Shown here piece by piece: positions 49,450-60,892 of a DNA stretch of 64,000 nucleotides; position 1 is the stretch's first letter, and every line of letters starts with the position of its first letter. The notes beneath the pieces were generated by a model. It ran no database searches. It had not been told where the DNA came from and saw only the letters and a list, made by a program, of their open reading frames with translations. The position numbers and the translations under genes are program-made. Origin of the DNA: Albugo candida. Taxonomy: Eukaryota. The stretch spans positions 558,001-622,000 of the forward strand of contig JBDOQK010000011.1 in the NCBI GenBank assembly GCA_040437565.1. Reading direction: 5' to 3'.

Positions 49450-52229
49450 TTAAATTAGGTAATCGTCGTCATCGGCATCGATTTCTGCTGACACTGTTGC
49501 GAGTCCTTGTGCCCGATACAAATCCGCAATCTACACAACGATCGCTCTCAAAAATGTACTGCGAGAAGTGATGTACATTACGTTACCTGTGCCGCTGTAG
49601 TAGCTTCTGTTGGCTTTTTATCATCACGCGCCCGTATGAATCGCGGAAATCGCAAAGAGATTCCCTTATCACGCGCGATCAAACCCATAGCGGCAGTATA
49701 TTTGGGAGAAATAGATAAATCTGCCCCCAGAATTTCCCACACGCAGCTCGGCTCAAACCAGACATCTGGTTTGATATTGTCGGTGACTACATACTCACGG
49801 GGTATTTGTTCCACCTTTTTGCTTTGAAGCTGTGCATGCAAGTCTTTCAGCATCTCGTCTGACAGTCCCGTACCAAGCTTTGTGATGCACTGATACATGT
49901 CGACATCAGGATCATAGCAGGCAAGTAGGTAGGCCCCATAAACTCCAGTACGTTTACCACGGCCATGGAACGCACCGATCGGAATGAGATCTGTCGAATC
50001 ACCAATACCATCGAGATAATCTTTTTTTACTTTCAACCACTTGTGAGAACGATTTGCTGGTTCGTAGGTGGCATCCTCATCAAGCGTCTTCACCATAAGA
50101 CCCTCACAGTGTTCGTCGGTAGCTTTTTCTAGGAACGACCGAATCTGACCGATCGCTTCCTCAAGTGCATCGGAATCATTATCGTGCATTGTATCGGTCA
50201 CATCCATGCACTGAACATATTCAAAAGAACCATCTTGAGGCTGGAATAGAGCATGCAATTTTTCGCGTCGTTGACGCAGAGGTTTCGAGAGTAAGGACTC
50301 CCCATTGAGGTACAGCAAGTCAAAAGCGTACACGCACACAGCCACTTTGATGTCCTCAATACGAACATTCTGTTGATAGCAAAAGTGTCATTTTTAGCAC
50401 TCAAAAGGAAAGTATGAATGATTCTCACCTTGCGTGAACGCGTACTGAGAACTTGAAATGGTAATCTCTTCCGAGTGGTGCGATCGATTGCGACAATCTC
50501 CGCATCAATTATGCAGTTTTTGAGCGTTTCGGACCCCGAGATTGCATCCAGAAACTTTGATCTTACATCCGGAAAGCGTTCTGTTGTGTTCTCAAAATTT
50601 CGGGAAAAAATGCACACTTTTTGTTGCGCGCGTGACTCGAGATGGATTTGTGCACGCTCTCCATCATATTTGTACTCACAGGTGAATGGTTTTCCTTGGA
50701 ATCGATCAAAAACCATTGAATACGTCTTTGTAGGTCTTGCCAGCATCGGCGCAATCGGAGTACCTGGTGTCAGAATACAACGGGAAGCAATAGACTCAAA
50801 GTCTCGTGGTGTTTTGAGCCATAAAGACGATCTTTCTTTTTGCACGTGGAAAAATGCTTCAACCAGTGCATCAAAGCTTGGACGTTCGGCAAAAGCCTTC
50901 TTCACATAGGTAAGCGCCATTTGTTGTTTCTGACGATCACTTCGTTCCGACTCTTTCATAAATGCATACGTCAATGCGGTCACAATCGACTTTTCCGCTA
51001 GACCAATCCGTAATTTTCCTTGGAGCCCACGTATAATAAATTTCGCGGCTTCACTCTGATCTTTCTCCCCTTCATTTTGACATTTCACAAGTAAATATTT
51101 GATCATGGTGCACTTTTGCTGTTGTGATTGATTGCCGGCTAACATTGCTATTTTCTTGAATTGAGAGTATACGTCACTTACGCTAAGAAAAGCGTTCTTT
51201 TGTCGAGTATTTGATGTAAAGCCTTGCAGCGTGTTCTGTTTACATCGGGCTTTCTGAGCTACTTGACCCAGATCACCTTCTTTTTGATACATTTCTTTCA
51301 CAAATTTGAGACTTGTCCCAGTAGCTTCGCCGATTGCTTTCATCAGAATAGCGTCTCCGACCCCAATTTTGATATTTTCGTAAGGTGGTGCTAGATCGGT
51401 TCCTAAACAAAGATATATGCATGGTACCAGATCCTGTGGAGATTTTTCAATGAGATTGCGATAAAATGAAGTAGTTCGATCCTGAATCACGAGCCGCGAA
51501 GTATCTTTCTCGATTTGATTTAGAAGGGTAGCCAGTGATGCGTACATCAGCGGAGTTGTTGTCTGAGAATCGGTAACAGATACAAGTTCGGTCGTCTTTG
51601 AAACATCAGTGGCCAGACAATCCATGCTAATGCCGTTGCTTGTAGTGGTAATATTACACTCCACATCGTCATCGAAAGTTTCACTTTTTCTTGAAGTTGC
51701 TTTCTTCGTTTCTTTTTCCAGCTGATTACCGATAATGACAGCTGGGCAGCACTTTGATGAGGATAGAAACTCGACATCCGAATCTGATGAAGCGTTTTCA
51801 CTTGATTCCAGTGTATCGTATTGACGTAAACGTTTGCGATTACTGGTTGCTACACAAAAGCTGGTATCAGACTGAAATGAACCACTTTCGGTATCGAGAA
51901 TTACATTCTCGCGCATTCGTCTTTAGCCCTTTTTTTGCGTTCCCGTTGCCTTCTTCTCTAACTGTAGCACCTATTTCTTCTAGATTCGTGATCGAAGACA
52001 ACGAGTCTTGGGAGCAGCTGTTTCGAGCCGTAATAGGAGTGCTGTCATCACATGTACGCTTTGGAGGCTTCTGAGATGTTTCTGTATCTTTGGAGATCCC
52101 TTTGATTCGATCTCCGGCCTGTGAGCTCACGTTGAAAAAAGATCTAAAGTGCCTTATAAGCAAAACATCTCGAAAGTTATTAAGATTCGTACTTGATTGA
52201 ACTCTGATTCCCCCCACGAACTTTTGCAT
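49450..52229 (-). CDS. LIG1: ATP-dependent DNA ligase I (4-5 exons)
   Basis: CEYKYDGERAQIH, FDLLYLNG, EGLMVK, WLKVKKDYLDGIGD and SLRFPRFIRARDDK. Introns at 51850-51904, about 50370-50428 and about 49531-49586, plus a probable 52153-52221. Stop 49450-49452. Confidence 0.95.
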
Positions 52230-52567
52230 TTGCTAGTATTATGTTTGCATACGTTGTTAGCGGAAGATTCTTTCTGAGAAACATACAACGAAAACTTCTG
52301 CTGGCGTACATTTCGCTGTCATGCTCGTGATTGTATTTATACTTGTGTACAGTATTCTTTATATCAATACATATGGCGGGAATTGGAGCTCTTCGCGCCA
52401 CATCAACGCATACTACATAAGTACGCTAGAATCGAAGACACTCAACACCCTTTTTTGTAACAAAACAATCCTTCTATGATTAAAACTTTCTATCTTAGTG
52501 ACTGCTTTGTTGTGCGATCAGCGCACAGCCATCGATCCTTCGTATCCGTACTTACGCAAAGTATTGC

Positions 52568-54169
52568 ATGATTCATTCGATTCACATGGCAAAAGCGCCG
52601 ACCACATCGAAATGGATAACGAGCGCTTTTCTGTTTTTTTCTTCCTCTATCTTGTATCTGTCGTATCTACGTAATAAGCACAGAAAGTCGCAATGGCGTC
52701 GAAAGATACTGTTCAAACGTATCTCTGAGCAGTACGTCTTCACGTCATTTTTATGTCATTGCTCATAGCGAATCGTGTGCACTGGTAGATCAGACTTGGG
52801 CAAATACTTTGGCATGGATATTGGCGGCACCTTGGCCAAGGTGGTTTACCTAGAAAAACACCATCCAGTTGAATCAGAAAAGTGTACAGACGCCAATCCC
52901 AAACGATCCCGTTCGCCGTCGTTGGAGGTCGTTCGGGGTGAAATGAATAAATTTGTCAATGAGAACGAGCATTTCGGTCAAACTGGTGTGCGTGACGTCC
53001 GTCTTCATATGCATTTGAAGGAATTTGAAGGTGTACGTTTGCCAAATTGTTGCGCTGTGTCATCGTTTGATCCGATTGTATGGAATGCAGACGTTCCATT
53101 TCATCCGATTTGAGTCCAATTACACGGCCGAGGCGATCAGCTTGATTTCTGAGCATGGACTGAATCAGTCTTTGCGTATTCTTCCATGCACGGGCGGTGG
53201 AGCTTATAAAGTGAGAGCTACCTATTTTCCTCCTTGGAGCTAGTATGACGATATCCTTTTGTGTATTCTTGCAGTATGCGCAATTGTTTTCTGACATGGC
53301 AGCCATTGAACTCAAAAAGTATGATGAGATCGAATGCATACTTCGTGGGCTCAACTTACTGCTGGCAACTGTACCCGATGAAGTATTCACATTTGAGGTT
53401 CGTTCTGTATTCATCAAAATCGCTGTCTTGTGTCCACTGCAACATCTCGATGCAGGATATGGATCTTGAGTCGTTTTCTGCATCACGAGTGCGTACGGTA
53501 CCTTTCGATCAAGACAAAGTATTTCCTTACCTCCTTGTCAGCATTGGCTCAGGCGTGAGCATACTACATGTCAAAGGTCCCGAAAATTTTGACCGCGTCA
53601 GTGGAAGTAGCATTGGAGGTGGAACGTATTGGGGTCTGTGTCGCTTACTCACAAAATGTAAGAGTTATGATGAAGCGCTGGATGTATGTGTCCATGGGAC
53701 AAATTCGACTGTTGATATGAGTGTGGGGGATATTTACGGTGGAGCGTACGATAAATTTGACCTGCCAGCGTCGACAGTAGCCAGCAGTTTTGGCAAAATG
53801 ATATCTGCACGTAATTCTGTATGTGACGCCGATCTTGCACGCGCATTGCTGGTGATGATCACTCAAAATATTGGCCAAATCGCATTCCTTAATTCCTGCT
53901 TGTACAAAACGAAACAAATCTACTTTGTCGGGAATTTCCTTCGACACAACAAGATATCTAGCCGAACACTTGCATACGCTATCGATTTTTGGTCCAAAGG
54001 AACAATGGAAGCTAGGTTTTGTCATCATGAAGGATATTTGGGCGCCTTGGGGGCTTTCTTCATGAATGCTCAGGTCAGTGACATTTATACAGAAGTGTTC
54101 TCTGCAGGTCAAGGAACGACCAAAGCAACAACGTGTGACGAAGCAAATCTCAAAAATTCTTCATTGTAA
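52568..54169 (+). CDS. PANK: Type II (fumble-family) pantothenate kinase with an N-terminal hydrophobic segment (5 exons)
   Basis: FGMDIGGTLAK, TGGGAYK, DEIECILRG, PYLLVSIGSGVSIL, GSSIGGGT, ASSFGK and HEGYLGALGA. Confidence 0.93.
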
Positions 54170-54452
54170 CAATAAAGACTTTGTATGGCGATGCACCCAC
54201 CCAACAAGGACTTCTAAGGTGCCTTCAACTTCCTATAGAAACACCCAGAGATTACACTTTAGAAAACTTGCAAAAGAACCAAATGCTATCTCTTCCGAAT
54301 ATGGGCTGCTGACGATGTCTTCTACTGCTGCAGCGACTTGTATCTCGCAGGTGGCTTGATTTTAGCCTTCTCAGTGATATGTGTGCTCGTTCAATGGCCT
54401 CTGATGTAAATCATCCGATATGATTATTTACTTTGTTTGGCAACATGTCGAC

Positions 54453-57400
54453 TCAAACATTCTCAATGTCTTTGTAAGAACCACTTGAGCCATCCAGATC
54501 TAACATTCCTCCAGCATTTCCAGTTGAAGACATTCCATTACTTCCCACATTATCATGACGATGCGTCAACGGAGTCGGTCCACTATTGCTATTACTATGT
54601 TGATTTCCAAAGGACAGACTGTTTGCAGCGCCAAACCATTCCAACGCATGCGCTTTGTTCTTCTGGAAGGATAAATAGGCTTCTATGAGCTCTGTAGAAG
54701 CCAAGTCGTAATTCCGAGATTGTGCACGAAGTAAGATGTCCTCGATCTCTACTCGTTCGCATGAAGAAAGCGTTGCTGTAGCGGGTAATGATAACAATAC
54801 TTCAGCATAAGGTGCCAACATTGGAAAGCGTAATTGATTCTGTCGCCACCAGTACAGGGGATCCACGTTTCGCTCGGCCACTGGAAGGTTCATGTATGTG
54901 CCTAATTCTTTTTCCCAAGTGACAAAAAAATCATTTTCATCCGACAAAGTGTCTCGTGCTGAGCTCGCAGACGGTAAATGAGATAGTAAATCATCGTCAT
55001 CGTCATGAGGGACGCCAGTCGCTGCTATGTCATAAGTTGACTTGCCTAATGGATCGGAAATGCCATCAAATCCTCCATTCTTTAGCTCCGAGGTGGGATC
55101 GTGTTCCGATTGCGTATTGCGAAATGATGTCTGAGCTGACTTTGACCATCCGCTGAGCGATCGAAGGTACTTGAGACCGTTCTCTACGTCTATTTTGACT
55201 GTAACATAGCAATATTCGCGATCTTTATATCGTGGATCGAGCATTGTAGCTGCGTAACATATGCGAGGTAGCCTACAAAAACTGAAACGAAGTCTGCTTT
55301 CCAATTTTCGAAAAAGAATAGCCCAATGCAAATCGTCCGATGTTCCTCCTCTTCCCTCTTCAATCGCTTGTTTCTCTGCGTATGTAACTAACGCTGCTCC
55401 GATTGTCGAAATACTTGATATTCCATGCTTGAAGAATTCTTTATCGCTCCCGGTGAACGAGCTTTTATCTCCATGTAAAGCCTCCCAGTATCTTTGAAAA
55501 GGACGCATCTTTTTCAGATACATTGTAACCCACTCTGAAGGATACTTTGGAATACGTTTGAGTGCAAAGGTATCCGCAAGTTGCTCCATTCTCCGTACTT
55601 GGCTTTGCAACGTGTACAAGTAATCGTAAAACCAAGGATCTTCAGACCAAGCTTCCGACTCACTTGTTTGTAAGATGCTCTTGTAGTCGAAACCTTTTGG
55701 ACTTTGTTGACGGATCTGAGCATCCACTGCATTGTTACTAGAAAGAGCATGGACAAAGGCTTCGATTGCCAATAGTTCTGTACTAAATGATTCGCTTAGA
55801 ATAGATTTGCTCAGACACGGCTCGATGCTTTTGGATGAAGAGATAAACATGCTGGCTTTGAGTGTCTCGCTGCCACCATGATCATCAATCTGTGCTAAAG
55901 CAACCGAGAGATGCGGAGACTCGGACAGAGACAACTCCGATTCTAGTGAGTCGAACTGTTGAGATAATGAGATATTTCCTCTTTGTAAGTGACCGGATTC
56001 AATGTAGACGACGACTTTATCACGCAGTCCAATACGCTACAGAGGCACAAAATATGAGATATTATGTGCAATTAAAAACCATGAGACTTACGTCAACGAC
56101 AGTGCCGATAACCTCATCTACAAACGCAGAATCGACTCTTCGTTGAGTGTCTAACCATTTCGTTGGTGCACAATGTACAACCACATGAAACTCACGAAAA
56201 TTGACTGAAAAATGCACCGAAACAGCAAGGAATGCTTCCGAATCCAAAAGCACTTCTTTGAGTTGCCACAAATCGACTGATATTCCAACCTGTGGGTCAA
56301 AAACCAACCAACGACAGGCAAGCGCATGAGTATCGCATGATCACAGCGCAAAGCACACTTACAGCGCGGGTACGAGCAATCAGCATTTTGGTCGTCAGTA
56401 TCAAACTTTCCTGTAAAATTGTGATACTTTTCTTGAGCGCGTCTTCGGATGGAATGGAAACGGTTTTATCGCCAACAAGCTGCTGAATGAAATGGTGAAA
56501 TCCCGTACGAGTTGCAAATTCAAGTGGGAAATTCTCAAGCAATAAGAATAAAGCTGTGTTTGCCGCACGAAAGAAGAGTGTTAGAATTGGGGTACATTTC
56601 ATTAGCACATATACTACACGGTTTGTACCTAATTCCTGGCTGAGTTGATCGGGATTGAATGGAAAGGACTGGTTGACACTTCCAGACAAAAGCGTGAATG
56701 CTCCGCTCGATTGTGTCGCAACTGCCAACGCTTCTCTTTGTTCGCGCGTCAACGTCGCCGCGGCTGCAGCAACTGTAGCTTGTTGATAAAATGCAGCTGT
56801 AGCCATTGCATTGGGCGCATGTCGATATGCATATGGACTATGACCCGCTCCTAAAGAAGTCGCAAGACTGGAACCTGCATTAACAGCAGTAGCGTTTGTA
56901 GACAATCCAGCAAGTGCGGCTGCATCTGTAACATTTCCGAGCCCATGTCCCATTGCAACTGTCAGTTTCTGACGTTTAATGTGCCGCTTACTTTCGCGAT
57001 GTTCTTCACAGATCAAATTCGCTTGCTGATGTGACGGGTCTGTTCTTCCAGCGGTTCTTAAATGTGATAACAAATTGGACGAATGGTGTCCCTTTACGAC
57101 GCGATTGCAGAATTTACAGATCGAATTTCCCATTGTATCTTTTTCAAAGTACGCCCATACCGCAGAAACGCTTGGAGGTGCATTCAAGGAAGAGCAGGAA
57201 GATGCTGGTTTAGAGGGAGGTTGTGAGGTAGATACAGTTCCTGGTGACGTATTGGTCGCATTATTCAAACCTGATATCGTAGATGTGAAGCTCTGGGAAG
57301 CTTTAGAGCTGGCTGGATTTGTAATATCCTCGCAAGTATCATTAGTATTGCTAGTTCCATTCATTGGAGCATACCCAAGTCGCGGCGAGACTGATGAGGT

Positions 57401-57511
57401 ATTACCGGTAATACTATCGTGTTTCATGTCATTGCCATTGATTTTTGTACAATCACTTGCACAAGTTTCAGCCCCTGCGCGCGTTCCAAAATTCGTTGTA
57501 CGTCTGGTCAT
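54453..57511 (-). CDS. BED zinc-finger / hAT-transposase-derived (ZBED-like) protein, about 5 exons
   Basis: BED finger SAVWAYF...CKFC...SNLLSHL...H. hAT segments ISVDLW, ATMLDPRYK and DPLYWWRQNQLRFPMLA...LLSLPAT. GT-AG introns at 56554-56628 and 56290-56362, plus two more near 55945-56090. Confidence 0.82.
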
Positions 57512-58736
57512 TTGCAGAGAAAGCGTCTTTCAGTTTTTCCCGGTCTTGTTTCGTATATAACGACAGGGAATGAAGAGTGAACGTTGTAATATAGGAAATG
57601 AAAGGCTTTTTTAGGGTGAAGAATATAAGGATTTTAAGTGGTAGAAACTGGCTCGCGCAATCAATGATATCAAGAAGGGATATGTATCGTGCGTTTCGCG
57701 TCCTTCAATTGAAGTGAACTATGGTAAGAGGCGTGCGTGACACAACTTGCGTAATTAACATGCCCATGCACGGCAAGTTCGTACCGTTCTTTCAACTACG
57801 ATGCTGTCATAGACCGGGGTTTCAATTGTTGCAAGCGATAGTTTGTGCGATGAAAATGACATAACATCCTTCTTGGGGGCGACACCGTTGGATTGACTTT
57901 GACCTCTCGTTGCAATTGACCATATCCATTTTGTGCGCCGACCAACGGATCTAAGCTCATGTCATTTCCACGGTATTGAGTTGTCGAATATCGACCTCTA
58001 TGATTGTCCGAAAGAAGATCTAGACAGAAAATCGCATTTGACAAGCGCCTCGGAATCTTGTTATCAAACAGTGGGTACCGAGCAATGGAGATGAATGGAT
58101 GAAAATAATCCAAGTTTGTGTGATAGGCCTAAATCATCCATTAAGTGTCGTTCTCGCTACAATGTTCTACAACGAATATGAACATAGTCATATACAGATA
58201 TTGAAAATGTGTTGTTAAATACTTTCTCCGTAAAGCCGACCTAAATCTGCCCTTGATCTGCTGTGAAGTAAAAGCAATGCGCAGTACTCAATCCGTTATC
58301 AATTCGGAATATTCCCATTCCGTCAGAAGAGGATTTTCGGACTGTTCGAATTGATCGACGTTCCAGCCGTAGTTGCCTCAAAATATATGGACACGCAGGC
58401 GAGTAGGATGTATAATCGACTTTTTTGTCTATAGAGACGATGGCGCAAGGTGATCAGTATGTAGGATAATCTTTATAGACTATTGGAGTCTAAACTTCGA
58501 GGTTGTTTATTTCAGACAAAATATTGTTGGATTCCATATGGACGTCTCGCTATATGCGTTCAAAGCTGAGATGTAAGTGAAGATTTACAGCAGCATGATG
58601 TCACAGTCGCTCTGATTTCTGACTGATATAGAGGCGCTTACTCGTGCGCTTGCATTGATAATGCGTGCGAAACACAAATACAATATTTGAATGAAATGTG
58701 TCGCGAAGGTACGCGTGAAAGACGCTTACAAGCTCC

Positions 58737-60140
58737 ATGAAATTGCTCAAACGACAAATCGGTGAGAAAGATGGAGCTGGTCATGTTATTCTCCTTGCAG
58801 AAGAATCCGAAGACATGTGGCATATCTATAATCTTATACAAGTTTCCGATCAGATCAAAACCTCGACCATACGAAAAGTTGCAAATCTTTGCATTTTCCA
58901 AGGAAATGCTAAGCTGTAACATGCTCGTAGGTCGTAAAGGAAGGCGCAACTGGGTCCACGTCTAGCCAACGTGTACGCTTGAATCTCCAGATACAAGTGA
59001 GCTATCTCTTTTCTGATCTGATCGACTCAACTGAGACTATCCGTGGTAGATCGAAGAATTTCATTTCGACCCAACGCAATGTGCACTTCGTATCAAAGGA
59101 AAGAATGTGATGGAAAATCCCCATGTCCGTGTAGGTGATGAACAAGCAATACATCGACAAAATCCATTACCAACGTTTTTCATCATAGCTGGGCGCCTAT
59201 CACACTCTGGATTTGGAAATGAATCAAAAGTTTACACTGACTAAAGAGTGCTGGGATCTCGTGTCATTGGAGCGAATTGAAATGGCTTGTGATATTTCCA
59301 AAACCGCTGAACTTGGCGCTGTGGTTATGCAACTTGGTCTAGCACATTTGTGTCTGATCAAAAGCCACATGACAGTAATAAAAGCACGGGTAGAGATGAA
59401 TATTGCAAAGAAGCGAACTGGTAGCACCGCACATGGCAAGTGTGTCATCAAATTTTACGAAAGTGTAATGCAAGCAATCAAGCGACATTTTGATTTCAGT
59501 CTGCTGAAATGTGTCATCCTTGCCAGTCCGGGATTTGTCAAGGAAGATTTTCACAAGTATTTGATGGAACAGGCTGTGCGACAAGATGATAAATTACTGC
59601 TAGAGAATAAGAGTAAATTTCTATTATGTCATTCATCATCGGGACACAAGCACGCACTGGATGAAGTCTTGAACGACGCTGTACGTGTTGTAGGACTGGA
59701 GACTATCGAATGGTGCACCGACTTACTGATTTGTTCTTTAATAGGCTGTGTTATCCCAAGTTGCGGATACAAATGCTGTAGAAGATGTCAAGTGTCTAGA
59801 TACTTTTTTCAAAATGCTCCACGAGGATCAAGATCGTGCGTACTATGGCTACAAACACATTATGAAAGCGGACGAACAACTGGCCATTGACACTCTCATG
59901 ATCACTGATGAGTTGTTCAGATCAGAGGAAATTAAAACTCGAAGAAGATACATCGATCTGGTTGAAAGTGTACGGGAGCACGGAGGCAACGTGCGGCTCT
60001 TTAGCAGTATGCACATTTCTGGCGAGAAGCTCGGACAGCTGAGCGGAATCGCCGCTATTTTGAGGTATCCTTTACCGGAATTGGACGATCCAGAAGACGA
60101 TTCCGAAGAAGAAGAAAAAACAAGTCGGCCGCAGGAGTAA
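58737..60140 (+). CDS. PELO: Pelota / Dom34 ribosome-rescue factor (5 exons)
   Basis: MKLLKRQI..DGAG.V.L..EESEDMWHIYNLI, LGAYHTLD, ILASPGFVK and SSMHISGEKLGQLSGIAAILRYPLPE. Confidence 0.96.
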
Positions 60141-60187
60141 TTGTACACTAATATGACCTCATTAGCAAATTGATCATACTTTCACAA

Positions 60188-60808
60188 TCAAACTGATGAA
60201 GCTATGGCACTCGGCGATGCTGCAGCCTGTGATGCCAATGAAGCTGATGGGTGATTACTGTGGTGTGCGTTATGGAGCTGCGCTACCAAATTACACAATT
60301 CTTTTTCAAATTCCGCAGACGAAATGCACTCTCCAATCGGTGTAAAGGGATTCGAAATGACGTCCACGTAGAGCTTATGTACCTGTTCGAGAAACTACAC
60401 ACAAATGACTCTAGTAAGCAGCCAAACCTCATAGATAATGACTCTCAACAAACTGCTCGAACCGTTCGTATTTCCGAGTCGCGTGCTGGTTGCCGTTGCA
60501 ATACGGCAATGAGTTTGATGTTCGTATTGGTTATATATCCATAAACACGGTAATCTTCAATCGGTGAAAGAAATCCTAGATACATTTCATTCTTAGCGGC
60601 GACGGAAGTCCACGAACGAAGCTTTTCTTCCACCAGATCCAATGAGACGTGAACGATATGACGAAACGTCAAGTCCTCATCCTCGTCGAATGTGCGTAAA
60701 TATAAAGGGTTATTCTACAACAGCGAGATAGCTTCATTGTGCTCTGTCTGATTAAAGTATTCACGATGTTACCGCTGCGCCGACCACAGCAACACAAGCA
60801 ATAAGCAT
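60188..60808 (-). CDS. TRAPPC2L: TRAPP complex subunit 2-like (sedlin family), 3 exons
   Basis: Spliced product MLIACVAVVGAA/NNPLYLR...SLDLVEEK...MYLGFL..IEDYRVYGYITNTNIK.../LYVDVISNPF. Confidence 0.9.
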
Positions 60809-60892
60809 CCTGTCAGGGTACCTTTACAAGTTAACGGACATATGTCGAGATATCTATAAGTTAGGTTTGTAATTCACTCGATTCCGGCACCA

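Noticed and set aside
57700..58640. Small ORFs and a possible pelota 5' UTR intron containing TGATG/CTGA words (snoRNA-like)
   Set aside because: There is no recognisable protein, and the box spacing is too short for a C/D snoRNA.
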